From: a virus
DNA: 64,000 bases
Reading direction: 5' to 3' (one strand)
Virus record (IMG/VR): IMGVR_UViG_3300045988_081755
Under the pieces are notes generated by a model. It was not told the origin of the DNA. It worked only from the letters and a program-made list of their open reading frames with translations, and ran no database searches. Below, piece after piece: positions 17,084 through 27,086 of the stretch (its first letter is position 1; every line of letters starts with the position of its first letter). The translations under genes and the position numbers were made by a program.

Positions 17084-19084
17084 TTATTCTATATAACTGT
17101 AACCGTTTTCCTTCACGACAGTGAGAGTTGATACACCAGCTCGAATATTCATGACATGACTGATAACATATACAGGGTGACGAACTTCGTTCATTGATTC
17201 AAGTAGAAGAGCCAACCCCAACGGGTCTGTTCCCTCAAGAACTTCATCAATCATTAGGAAGTGAAGACCTCCCCATTCATTCGTACCATTAATCATCTCC
17301 TGAAATGCTTGTATCAGAGCCATTTCTATTCTTGCTCTTTCCCCACCGCTGAACGACCAAAATGATTTATATTCGCCCTCGCCATTGATGACTGTTACCG
17401 TAATTTCGGACTTGACTTGTCCTTTTGCATTCCGCTTGAAGCCATCAATTGAAAGCCGAAGTTCCGAACGTTGTTTCTGAAGAGACATATTTGCAAAGTT
17501 CTGAATGATTCTTAACTGTTCACAGGCAAGCGACATCTTGAACTCCTTAAATCTTAATCCCCATTGAACCATATCGGATACTTTCTTTTCGCACTCATCG
17601 TATTCCTTTTTAGCTTTCTGGAGTTTCTTCTCCGTCAGAGCAACGAGTCCTTCAAGTTCAGCTTCTTTGGTTTCCATTTCAGCCTGTTCAGCCTTTTCAA
17701 GCTGCTCAACTAACTGTTCGCTCTCATTGTTACAACGTAATTGAATCCCTTCTTGATGCTTTATATCCTCTTTGTAGGAAGATATCATTTGGTTACTTCG
17801 GGTTATCTCCCCACGAATTTTTGTTATCTCAGATTGAACATCACGAATGGCTCGAATTGTCCCCTGTTCTGAAACACGTATCTTCGTGAACTTCTCGTCG
17901 TACTTCTTCACTCGTTCCTCGAACGAATTCAATTCTTCCAACGCTGTTTTAGCAAGATTTTCCTGGGTTTCAGCTTCTTTCTTCTGTTTAGTTATCTCCT
18001 TCCGAGTGGTAGGCACATCAACAGTTTCATCAGATGTTACGAACTCCGTTCCACACTTTGGGCACTTTACAGTCCCTTTCAAAATAGCCGAAAGACGATT
18101 GGCTTCAGCAGTGTATTTTGAGGACAGTTCCTGAGCTGCTTTACGCTTCTTTCGTACTGCCTCTACCTTTGTATCGGTTGACGAGCGTTCTTTCGTTAAA
18201 GAGTCATATTGAGCCTTATAGTCAATTGCTTCTAATCCTTCCAACTTCTTAGAAGCTTCAGCAACTTTCTTCTGATTGTCTTTAATGCTCTGCTCCGCCA
18301 ACTTAATGGCTGTCTGAGAATTTTCAATCTTCTTTTCCGCTCCATCGTACTCTTGGATGACAGCGTCTATTCGCTCGTTTATACGCTCTATAAGCGATTG
18401 TCGTTCCTCCTCAAGATTACGTTCCCGCTCCGCAGCTAATTGTTCCGTATAGACGTTCAATTCACCCTCTATCGTGTGAACCTTTGCTTGGGCAGCTTGT
18501 TGCTTTTCCTGTAACGGCTTAATCTTCTCTTTTATGACATCATCCGCATCGTCTAACTGTTCAGCCTTAATGAAGCGGTTGATGAGCGAAAGTTTATCCG
18601 TATTAGAGGAGCTCACGAATGATTTGAAGTTCTCTTTATTCAAGATGTAAAAACTCTTCAGGTCTTCCGCTGAAATACCTATCCATTTCAGGATGTAAGC
18701 GTTTCCATCGTTTACGGTTGCAAACTGTACCGAACCCTCTTCTTCATTGAGCATAAGCTCCAACGTCGCTGAACCTTTCTGTCTGAGAGTCCGGTGTATG
18801 TTCAGCGTCTGTTTCCTTATCGGGCAGTAAATGTCAAGCCAAATGTCAGCTTCCTCCTCTCCCCACAAAATCAAGTCTCTGTCAAGAGTCTGTTTTTTCA
18901 AGGAGTTTGCCAGGATTGCATACGCAATCCCAGCCTCCATTGTGCTCTTCCCTGCTCCGTTTGTTTCCTTTGATTCAATCTCAGTCAAGTTCTTTCCCTT
19001 GATTAAGACAGGCTCGTTCAGGAATTTATGTTTCAACTCCTTGAACGATAAGAAATTCTTCAAACGTAAATAGGTCAGTTCCAT
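17084..19084 (-). CDS. sbcC: SbcC/Rad50-like SMC ATPase
   Basis: Walker A NGAGKST, a long coiled coil with a central CPKCG zinc hook, signature FSGGERA and Walker B LMIDEV. Confidence 0.85.
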   Translation of the reverse strand: MELTYLRLKNFLSFKELKHKFLNEPVLIKGKNLTEIESKETNGAGKSTMEAGIAYAILANSLKKQTLDRDLILWGEEEADIWLDIYCPIRKQTLNIHRTLRQKGSATLELMLNEEEGSVQFATVNDGNAYILKWIGISAEDLKSFYILNKENFKSFVSSSNTDKLSLINRFIKAEQLDDADDVIKEKIKPLQEKQQAAQAKVHTIEGELNVYTEQLAAERERNLEEERQSLIERINERIDAVIQEYDGAEKKIENSQTAIKLAEQSIKDNQKKVAEASKKLEGLEAIDYKAQYDSLTKERSSTDTKVEAVRKKRKAAQELSSKYTAEANRLSAILKGTVKCPKCGTEFVTSDETVDVPTTRKEITKQKKEAETQENLAKTALEELNSFEERVKKYDEKFTKIRVSEQGTIRAIRDVQSEITKIRGEITRSNQMISSYKEDIKHQEGIQLRCNNESEQLVEQLEKAEQAEMETKEAELEGLVALTEKKLQKAKKEYDECEKKVSDMVQWGLRFKEFKMSLACEQLRIIQNFANMSLQKQRSELRLSIDGFKRNAKGQVKSEITVTVINGEGEYKSFWSFSGGERARIEMALIQAFQEMINGTNEWGGLHFLMIDEVLEGTDPLGLALLLESMNEVRHPVYVISHVMNIRAGVSTLTVVKENGYSYIE

Positions 19085-19085
19085 A

Positions 19086-20048
19086 CTAAATTGTTTGGGT
19101 GATTAATTCTTCAAGTTCTTCAGCAAGGTCGGGGTCATTCAAGATAACCTCTCTTGCCTTTTCAGCTCCCTGTGCAAGTGTCTTTCCTTTGTACTTAAAG
19201 AACGACCCTGCCTTCTCAATAACGTTTCGTTCCACGCCAACTGATAACAGCTCTGAAGCCTTATCAATTCCTTCCCCGAAACGAATGTCGAACTCAGCTT
19301 TCCGCAAGGGAGGCGCAACCTTATTCTTCTCCACCTTTACTTTGATGTGGTTAGCGACTTCTTCACCTCTGTCACCTACCACACCCGACTTTGCAATGTC
19401 AAGCACCTGTGATGAATAGAATCCAAGAGCCTTTCCTCCGGGAGTTGTCTTCGGTGAACCGTACACCACACCAATCTTGTCACGATACTGATTAATGAAT
19501 ATCATCAACTGATTGTTCTTCTTGATGTCACCAATTACTCCCGGAAGCCATGTAGCCATAAGACGAGCAAGCACACCCATCTTAGCATCACCCACATCAG
19601 CCTCAAGATAACATTTAGGGAACATCGCAGCCACGGAATCGAGAACGATAGCACCGATTGATTTTGACTTAATCGCTTCCCGAATAATTTCGAGACACTC
19701 CTCCGCAACTCCAGGCTGGCAAAGAATAAACATCTCGGGAGAAATATTCACCCCAATTGCTTCTACATAATCCATGTCAATAGCATTTTCACGGTCAATG
19801 TAGAGAACAGCCTTGCCCGTCTGTTCCTGAATGTTTCTACAGGCTGTTAAAGCCAACGTGGTCTTTCCTGAGGATTCATACCCACGCAGTTCAATAATAC
19901 GTCCGAGAGCGTATCCGCCACCGAGAGCCAAATCTAACGACAAGCTCCCTGACGACACGAACTCGACTCCTTGCTGATTGTTTCCCGCCACTACTTCTTT
20001 TCCGAACTTCTTTTGTAGCGAGTTCACCAAATCTTCTACTCCTGCCAT
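19086..20048 (-). CDS. recA: RecA recombinase (bacterial type)
   Basis: SLDLALGGGYALGRIIELRGYESSGKTTLAL, IVLDSVAAM, ARLMA, IFINQYRDKIGVVYGSP.TTPGGKAL. Confidence 0.92.
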   Translation of the reverse strand: MAGVEDLVNSLQKKFGKEVVAGNNQQGVEFVSSGSLSLDLALGGGYALGRIIELRGYESSGKTTLALTACRNIQEQTGKAVLYIDRENAIDMDYVEAIGVNISPEMFILCQPGVAEECLEIIREAIKSKSIGAIVLDSVAAMFPKCYLEADVGDAKMGVLARLMATWLPGVIGDIKKNNQLMIFINQYRDKIGVVYGSPKTTPGGKALGFYSSQVLDIAKSGVVGDRGEEVANHIKVKVEKNKVAPPLRKAEFDIRFGEGIDKASELLSVGVERNVIEKAGSFFKYKGKTLAQGAEKAREVILNDPDLAEELEELITQTI

Positions 20049-21070
20049 TTCATTATCTGTTTTAATAGTTCATATCCTTCAGCATGGTCATAGCCTTTTT
20101 CTTCGCAAAATGCTTTGAACTTTTCGTCTATGTCCGTACCGCTTAATTCCTGAACGGCTTCGGCTTCTTCCGACTCCGTAACTTCCACGTCCGTATATTT
20201 TGCCTTCACCGAAATACCATGTTCCGTGAAGACCTTTTTATTCACTGCCTTTACAGCCTGTTGGTCTCCGACAAGTGTTATCCGAACATTGACGCCATCT
20301 GTGTTCGTTTTAGCGAGTTTTAGGAGCTCGTCCTTTGAGGTCTTAAGGACATCAACCTTTATCTCCTTATACGGAACAAAAGATGCCTTTTCAAAATCGA
20401 AGGAAGTATCATCGTACAATATCGTGAACCCCTTTTCCTCATCCTCCCCAAAATTGTTCTGGCGAGTGCTCGGCAGGTGAAACACGTTGGCTCCTGGTTG
20501 CTGAGCGTCATGATAGTGCCCTAACATCACCTTTCCATATTTCTTGAACAGGTTCAGCGGGATACGGTTGTTCACTACCTTTCCATCGTTATTGATAGAA
20601 CCCTGTACGGCTGTATGACTGAATAAGATTGATTTCTTTGAATGAGGAGTAGGAAGCTCCCCAAACTTCTCAAGCCAAATATCCTGACTGTAAAATGGAA
20701 CAAAATGACATTCCACACCCTGTATCTCAATAGTCGTAGGAACTTCAAACAGGTTGAATCCTGGGTGATACCTGTACTGGGTCAAGAAACTTTCGTCAGA
20801 CTCATAATCCGTCTTGTCATGGTTTCCAGGAATACAATAGATTGTTATGCCGGATGCGCTGTACAGTTCAATCATCTCTGTTAGACAGGTGAGAAGTTCC
20901 TGACGCTGGCTTAGTCTGGAGTCGAATATGTCACCGAGCCAAATTACAACCGAGACCCCCATCCGTTGAGCTAATGCTATTTCCTGTTCCGCTATATCAA
21001 GCAATTCAACAGCATTCGACTCCTGAAGATGTTTGTCTGTACTAATTATTGCGATTGGTTCTTTATTCAT
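20036..21070 (-). CDS. sbcD: SbcD/Mre11-like nuclease
   Basis: Calcineurin-type phosphoesterase motifs STDKH, LGDIFD, PGNHD, SHTAV and LGHYH. Confidence 0.85.
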   Translation of the reverse strand: MNKEPIAIISTDKHLQESNAVELLDIAEQEIALAQRMGVSVVIWLGDIFDSRLSQRQELLTCLTEMIELYSASGITIYCIPGNHDKTDYESDESFLTQYRYHPGFNLFEVPTTIEIQGVECHFVPFYSQDIWLEKFGELPTPHSKKSILFSHTAVQGSINNDGKVVNNRIPLNLFKKYGKVMLGHYHDAQQPGANVFHLPSTRQNNFGEDEEKGFTILYDDTSFDFEKASFVPYKEIKVDVLKTSKDELLKLAKTNTDGVNVRITLVGDQQAVKAVNKKVFTEHGISVKAKYTDVEVTESEEAEAVQELSGTDIDEKFKAFCEEKGYDHAEGYELLKQIMKWQE

Positions 21071-21140
21071 TGTCGAAATATTTAAAATGAAAGTCCAAGT
21101 GTATAACGCTTGGACTCTCTTTCTGTACCTGAATCAAATG

Positions 21141-22586
21141 TTACTTTTTCTTCGCACGCATAGCACGGATACGGTCAATGGCACTTTGACCAGATGCGCT
21201 ACCAGCGTCGGCTGGAGCTTTTACTCCGGGAGCCGGAGTTTCATCTTCTGGTTCGGGGTCGTCACCAGCGTCACCGCTATCGTCAGGGTCTTCCCCACCG
21301 TTGTCATCACCCCCATCACCGTCGTCGGAACCATCCCATCCGGGAACGTGTTCAATGTCGTATCCGAGGTCTTCGTGTTTGACAGCCAGCTGATAAGCCT
21401 CTTCAAGTTCTTCACCCTCAAGCTCCAACTCTTCGTATCCTTCACCGTACTGGCGAATGAACTCTTCGTTGACAACTTTCAGTTTCTCTTCCGGAGTAGG
21501 TTCAGCAGGTTTCTTTTTCGCTGCGGCTTTCTTCGGTGCAGGAGCCGGAGCCTTGGCTGTCGGTGCTTTCTTAGAAGCAGGAGCTGCAGCAGGTTTCTTT
21601 TCCTCTTCACTCGGACCGAAAGGTAGGTCATCAGCCCCAGACGGCTTATCACCTGTCTTTTCTTCCACCATTTCCTGAAGTTGTTCAATCATGTCAAGGA
21701 AGTCATCCTGTGCGAAAATCTGATACTGGTTAGCATCGTCGAAACGCTTCAGACCGTCAAGAGCATAATCGAAGTCCCTCTTGGTATAACAGTCCACATA
21801 CAGTTTCTGGAGGCTGGGGAGACCGTCAAGTTCTTCCAATACCTTATCAGGCACAGCGTTCTTGTCGAAGTAGTCTTCCCAAGTCTGACCCATTTTCAAC
21901 GGCAACGATTTCAGCGTTTCCACTGTCTTGTTATTGTCGTCTTTTCCACGACTCCATTGAATAGGGAAGCCAGTTGATGGGTCACTGAACATATCCACGG
22001 CAGCGGTATCGTTCTGAGCACAAAGGTCAGCAGACTCTTTGTTCAGTGCTTCCATTTGTTTCGGTTTCAGGCTGTCTCGCCAAATCTTTCCTTCAATGAG
22101 CGCATAATACACGTATTCAAGCTGCGGACGAATTCCGGGAACCCATGTACCGTTCTTGCCACCCATACGATAACCCGTAATCGGGTTCAGGAAGCGAGCA
22201 CGCTCATCTTTGTCCTGAAGTTGTTCAGCCTGTTCGTAGACACGTTTGATATACTCCTCGATGATATCGTAGGGATACCCACCGTGAAGAGTAGCCAAGA
22301 AGATTTTCTTGTTAGCAATTTTCTTGCCGATTACGGTTCCGTCTTTGTCCTTATCATCAACTTCGCATTTCAGCATCGCTGTGAGCATAGGAACATACGG
22401 AGAGTCTCCTGGTTCATGAGCCGGAAGAACTCGTTTCACTGTGATTCCGTCTTTCTGTTTCCAGAATTGTGCATAATCACCTTCACCACCAAAATAGGTG
22501 TCGAACTGTTTGGTTTGCTGAACCGTCTCACTCACTTTGGAGAGAGACGCAGCTTTGTACTTTGAACGGTCGAATGCCATAATCAA
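21141..22586 (-). CDS. putative gp32-like ssDNA-binding protein with a long AKP-rich and poly-acidic tail
   Basis: The N-terminal half resembles T4 gp32 locally (ITVKRVLPAHEPGDSPYVP; GKIWRDSL). The tail has KKPAAAPASKKAPTAKAPAPAPKKAAAKKKP followed by DGSDDGDGGDDNGGEDPDDSGDAGDDPEPEDE. Confidence 0.4.
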   Translation of the reverse strand: MIMAFDRSKYKAASLSKVSETVQQTKQFDTYFGGEGDYAQFWKQKDGITVKRVLPAHEPGDSPYVPMLTAMLKCEVDDKDKDGTVIGKKIANKKIFLATLHGGYPYDIIEEYIKRVYEQAEQLQDKDERARFLNPITGYRMGGKNGTWVPGIRPQLEYVYYALIEGKIWRDSLKPKQMEALNKESADLCAQNDTAAVDMFSDPSTGFPIQWSRGKDDNNKTVETLKSLPLKMGQTWEDYFDKNAVPDKVLEELDGLPSLQKLYVDCYTKRDFDYALDGLKRFDDANQYQIFAQDDFLDMIEQLQEMVEEKTGDKPSGADDLPFGPSEEEKKPAAAPASKKAPTAKAPAPAPKKAAAKKKPAEPTPEEKLKVVNEEFIRQYGEGYEELELEGEELEEAYQLAVKHEDLGYDIEHVPGWDGSDDGDGGDDNGGEDPDDSGDAGDDPEPEDETPAPGVKAPADAGSASGQSAIDRIRAMRAKKK

Positions 22587-22608
22587 ATGAAATTTAAAAT
22601 ATGAATAA

Positions 22609-22935
22609 TTATTTTGATTCTTTCACTATTCTTGTAACGTTTTCGAGGAATTTCTCCTCATAACTCTTTATAGTTTCCATGAGCTCGAGGATGTCAGTTG
22701 CATCCTGTCCAGCCTTTGCGTGGGCAATCAGTTGAAGAGCTCTGGGAAGTGAACAACCATAAGCCATATCATCCATCTTTCCGTTTGGGTGTCTCGGACT
22801 GTCTGACTTCTTTAACTGATACACGTCATAAGACGTTCTGTGTGCCTCTACTTGTTTAAGGTAGAAATCCTCTGTTACTTGGATATAACCTTTAAATTCT
22901 TCTGAAACGCTGGGTTGAGTTGCTTTCTTTGCCAT
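22609..22935 (-). CDS. hypothetical protein
   Basis: 108-aa ORF, the first gene after promoter site B. Confidence 0.45.
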   Translation of the reverse strand: MAKKATQPSVSEEFKGYIQVTEDFYLKQVEAHRTSYDVYQLKKSDSPRHPNGKMDDMAYGCSLPRALQLIAHAKAGQDATDILELMETIKSYEEKFLENVTRIVKESK

Positions 22936-22966
22936 AACTAAATTGTTTAATGATTTAACGATGATA

Positions 22967-23018
22967 CAAAGGTAATGGATTGATTCGAATTATACAAGAG
23001 TTTCCCCGAAAATCTTCA
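22967..23018 (-). promoter_or_regulatory. Bacteroidota-type promoter with a conserved upstream element (site B)
   Basis: Minus strand reads TGAAGATTTTCGGGGAAACT-CTTG-N20-TACCTTTGTATC. The 16-nt and 18-nt blocks are identical to site A. Confidence 0.6.
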
Positions 23019-23026
23019 GAAAAATT

Positions 23027-23560
23027 TTATTTAAACCCTTTCTTCGCAATCAAGAAACTGTTTACCTTTCCCTCTACGAGCTCGCTCAGGAACTCCTGGG
23101 GAGTAACAGGCTTGAGGAGGTTGTTCAGCTTCTTTGACTTGTCTTGTACCGACCACTGAAGAGCGTCAAGGACACTGAAGTTCTTTTGCGCCTCAATGTA
23201 TTCCAGACAGAGTTTCTGGTAATCTTCATCAAGTAGGAGTGTCTCATCAAGAGCCTTTTCTGACAGCTTGATTTCTTCATCTTCGATAGTGAACTTCCCA
23301 CCATTACGGTTCGCCTCACGTCGCCAACCTTTCTTCATGTCGGCTTCGTAAACTTCTTTCTCGAGCTTCTTTTCTGACACGGCACGCTCGGCTTCCGCAC
23401 GCAGCAACCCTACTTTGTTCAGGAGTGCGCTGACTGTCACGGCTTCGCCATATAAGTTACTATAATCAATTGAGGTCAATTTGTCGATGTCGACAGTTTC
23501 CTCGAATCCATTAGTAACAAGCGTCACGGGGACGTCATTGAAATGTACAAGAATTTCCAT
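23027..23560 (-). CDS. hypothetical protein; tentative UvsY-like recombination mediator
   Basis: 177 aa, helical. Loose collinearity with T4 UvsY (GGKFTIEDEEIKLSEKAL..DYQKL..VLDAL). Weak support. Confidence 0.25.
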   Translation of the reverse strand: MEILVHFNDVPVTLVTNGFEETVDIDKLTSIDYSNLYGEAVTVSALLNKVGLLRAEAERAVSEKKLEKEVYEADMKKGWRREANRNGGKFTIEDEEIKLSEKALDETLLLDEDYQKLCLEYIEAQKNFSVLDALQWSVQDKSKKLNNLLKPVTPQEFLSELVEGKVNSFLIAKKGFK

Positions 23561-23585
23561 TTTGTTCTTCTTTAAATTCGTAAAT

Positions 23586-26500
23586 TTATAACGTTAAAGT
23601 AACGATATTCGTTTCGTAGTTCGCTCTCAGGACATTCACTTCTTTCCTCTTATCATAAGATAGTGAGCCATTCATAAGAATAAGGTTCGCTCTGACACAA
23701 GACAATAACGGCTCTAACTGTTCATATTCCTGTTGGAAGATAATTACTTCCAGGAACTCATAGTTTGACTCTAATATCAAGCGACACATCGTATCACCTT
23801 TCTTTGTCTTCTTCACCTCGAGTTCGGCAATAAATCCTGCAACAACGACATACCCATTGTTCGGCAGATATTCCGTATTGAGACAGGCTTCCATTCCTTG
23901 GTATTCATACATATCAGGGAACTCGTCTTTAAACCTGTCATAAAGAGCCTGATAGTCAAAGAACGCCAACCCTGACAGTTTCTTTTGAAGTAATCCCCAC
24001 CACCAAGCGTCATTCGCATGATAGTCCGCTCCTGTCAATACAGCGTCGTCTTCTTTGACGGCACTCTTAGTTGAGCCGAGGAAACTAACCAATAGGTCTA
24101 TTCGCTGAGCTGGAGCTTCAACCCCCTCAAGACGGTCAAACGCACCAGCCAATATCAGGTTTCTGATGATACGGCTGTTCACGGCTGAACCCTTCCATTT
24201 GTGTCGGGTGATGAAGTCGTCTAACGACCAATATTGACCGTTCTCTGTACGTTCCTTTAATATTTGGGTTGCAGCCTTTTCTGCGACCTGTTTGACCCCT
24301 GTAATTGACCAATACAAGGCTTTCTCCTCAAAGTTGATAATAACATCGGTCTCCGATATATTGATATCCACAGGTCGTACCGTACAGACGCCAGTCTTAT
24401 TGATTTCCGCAATATAGCGGGAATAGTCGGCTTCCTGAGCATACTTAAACGCAACCGACCAATATTCAATAGGATAGTGAACTTTTATCCACTGAGAGAT
24501 ATAACCTGTTATCGCATAGGCAGCAGCATGACTTCGGTTGAACAGGTACGTCGAAGCCTTATCAATAGCGTCCCACACCTTTTCGCTGTATTCCTGCGTG
24601 ACTCCGTAGTTATCACGATAATACGGGATAAACCGTTCTTTATATTGCTGGAGAGCCTCATACTTCTTCTTCACCATCGCTTTACGAACGTCATCGGCTT
24701 CTACCAACGACAATCCCCCAAGTTCACGGCAAAGTTGCATGATTTGTTCCTGATAGGCAAACACTCCATAAGTATTGTTCAGAATCTTGTCTGTACCTGT
24801 GAAATACTCAACTTTTCTCTGACCCTCTTTACGCAAGACATATTCGTTATGGAAGTTGTTCTCCATCGCTCCTGGGCGATATAGCGAGATAGCAGCGATA
24901 AGGTCTTCAATATTGTCAGGCTTCATCTGTCGACAATAACCTATCAGACCGGAGCTACCAAAGTGAAAGTTATCCTCGTTCCAACCATTCTTGAAATACC
25001 TGTACACCTCTGGGTCATCCAACGGTACACTGAAGATGTCTAAATCAACATTCTCATGCTCCTTTATCAAGCGTACCATGTCCTGGAACTTGTCAAACTG
25101 TTTCACCCCAAGAACGTCCTCTTTCAGGAACCCTGCTGCGTCCATTTCACCACCTTCCCACTCGGTTACATACTCACCCCCATTCTTACGAATAGGAACC
25201 CAATGAAACATATCATGTTCCTCCGGGAACACCATCATCGCACAGGCATGAATTGACTGTGCCTTAGGAGCTGGCATGATAAGCATAACCTCGTTAATCA
25301 GGTCAGAATGCTCAATAACAAAGTTCTTCACCCGTGAATGCGCACAGGCTATTTTGAACAGGTCTTCAGGCTTCCTGTCTTTCACGTCAAAGAGCTTCAT
25401 CATTTCGTTTGTTTCCTGGAAGTCTAACCCATATACACGAGCCATGTCCTTAATCGCTGCACGGAGCTGCAATGCGCTGTACGTTCCCACGGAACATACC
25501 TGTTTCCAGCCGTACCGTTCTTCCATGTACTTCTTCACACGAGGTCGGTCTTCACCTGGATAGTCGCAGTCAATATCAGGGAGTGATACTTTCACACGTC
25601 CTGCATTCAGGAAACGCTCAAAGAGTAGGTCATATTTCATCGGGTCTAACTTCGTAATCCCTAACAGGTAGGAAACAAGACAACCACCTGCGGAACCACG
25701 ACTGATACCCGTCATAATCCCATTACGATGGCACCAGTTGATAATATCCCAAGTAATTAGGAAGTAATCAATTGCCTCACCTAACTTGATAACGCCCACC
25801 TCTCGGTCTATTCGCTCCATAATAACATCTTCACCCCAATCCTCAATGAGGTCTGGGTGACGGTCAAGACCGTCGGCTATAAGAGCCCAAAAGAGGTCTT
25901 CATTTGTTTCATAAGTTTTCGCTTCCTGTTCCGTCATCTTATAGTGGGGCAAGTGTCGCTTCTGGACGTCGATTACAAAGGTAATCGCCTCAGCTATATT
26001 TTCAAGGAACTCCAACCCCTCTGTGAAACGGCTGTACACGTCCATGAACCCCTCATCGGTATCAGGGAACATCGCTGCTATTTCAAGGAACAGTTCATCG
26101 TTCGTCTTGAAATACTGATTGTCGCTATCGTAGGCAGTTGTCCCACCAATACTTTGAAGACGAGGTCTGATACAACTGTACTCCTCGTCAAGATACCACG
26201 CATCTACTGACGGAACAGCTAACAAGTTTCTATCAAGGAAAAACTTCTTCAGGTTCTTCAGATACCACTCATCACGGCTGTTCTCAACGTATTCGCACGG
26301 GTCAAGCTGATACACGGCTGCGTCTACTTTCAAGTCTTTCAACTTGTCATAGTCGGTTGTCTTCGGGTCAAGAAACAATATCAAGTCATCATTATTTCTC
26401 GTGATAGCATTGAAGTCATCGAGACCAATATACTTCGGATTATCGCAATTGATGAACTTGTTTATAGTAAGCAAATCTCGCCAACCCTTTTCATTCCGAG

Positions 26501-27086
26501 CATACACCTTGACAGTAAAGCGATAGTCACGAGGCTGGTCATACACCACGCACTCCATACCTATCACGCTCTTGATACCGTTCTTCTGACACTCGGCTTG
26601 AAACTTCAGCGCACCAGCCAACGAATTCTTTTCACAGATTCCCAACGTGTGAACTCCTAAGAACTTTGCCTTTTTACACCAGTCGGCATAAGTTCCTGTG
26701 CCGGACATCATTTCATATTGACCATGAACACCAAGGAACACCGGAGTAGGAATCTCTTGCTTTGCTGACCCAACATATTTCAGCCGTGTCAGTTTCACGT
26801 CGTTCTCTTTACCTTTGGCGAGCATATAGTAAACTCCTCCAAAACTGAACGCATAGAAATCGCAAGCCGTTTCAACTGTTTCCTCTCCTGAACCTTTTCG
26901 GTTCGGGTCGGCTGGGATTCCTACAAAGTTGAACCCGTCATCAAACAGCGCACCATCGTAGGCTGATTGATACAGTTCGAAGGTCTTTCCCCCTATCTCG
27001 ACCACATAGTCTGAAACAGGGGTAAAGTCCATAAAATTCTTCTTCAGATATTTCTTGAATTTATCCATTGATTTTCTCCTTAACAA
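23586..27086 (-). CDS. dnaE: DNA polymerase III alpha subunit (DnaE-type) with an N-terminal extension
   Basis: SRGSAGGCLVSYLLGITKLDP, the catalytic LPDIDCDY and FNRSHAAAYA are collinear with DnaE. The PHP HxH position reads GVHGQYE. The start may instead be Met7 at 27068. Confidence 0.9.
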   Translation of the reverse strand: MLRRKSMDKFKKYLKKNFMDFTPVSDYVVEIGGKTFELYQSAYDGALFDDGFNFVGIPADPNRKGSGEETVETACDFYAFSFGGVYYMLAKGKENDVKLTRLKYVGSAKQEIPTPVFLGVHGQYEMMSGTGTYADWCKKAKFLGVHTLGICEKNSLAGALKFQAECQKNGIKSVIGMECVVYDQPRDYRFTVKVYARNEKGWRDLLTINKFINCDNPKYIGLDDFNAITRNNDDLILFLDPKTTDYDKLKDLKVDAAVYQLDPCEYVENSRDEWYLKNLKKFFLDRNLLAVPSVDAWYLDEEYSCIRPRLQSIGGTTAYDSDNQYFKTNDELFLEIAAMFPDTDEGFMDVYSRFTEGLEFLENIAEAITFVIDVQKRHLPHYKMTEQEAKTYETNEDLFWALIADGLDRHPDLIEDWGEDVIMERIDREVGVIKLGEAIDYFLITWDIINWCHRNGIMTGISRGSAGGCLVSYLLGITKLDPMKYDLLFERFLNAGRVKVSLPDIDCDYPGEDRPRVKKYMEERYGWKQVCSVGTYSALQLRAAIKDMARVYGLDFQETNEMMKLFDVKDRKPEDLFKIACAHSRVKNFVIEHSDLINEVMLIMPAPKAQSIHACAMMVFPEEHDMFHWVPIRKNGGEYVTEWEGGEMDAAGFLKEDVLGVKQFDKFQDMVRLIKEHENVDLDIFSVPLDDPEVYRYFKNGWNEDNFHFGSSGLIGYCRQMKPDNIEDLIAAISLYRPGAMENNFHNEYVLRKEGQRKVEYFTGTDKILNNTYGVFAYQEQIMQLCRELGGLSLVEADDVRKAMVKKKYEALQQYKERFIPYYRDNYGVTQEYSEKVWDAIDKASTYLFNRSHAAAYAITGYISQWIKVHYPIEYWSVAFKYAQEADYSRYIAEINKTGVCTVRPVDINISETDVIINFEEKALYWSITGVKQVAEKAATQILKERTENGQYWSLDDFITRHKWKGSAVNSRIIRNLILAGAFDRLEGVEAPAQRIDLLVSFLGSTKSAVKEDDAVLTGADYHANDAWWWGLLQKKLSGLAFFDYQALYDRFKDEFPDMYEYQGMEACLNTEYLPNNGYVVVAGFIAELEVKKTKKGDTMCRLILESNYEFLEVIIFQQEYEQLEPLLSCVRANLILMNGSLSYDKRKEVNVLRANYETNIVTLTL

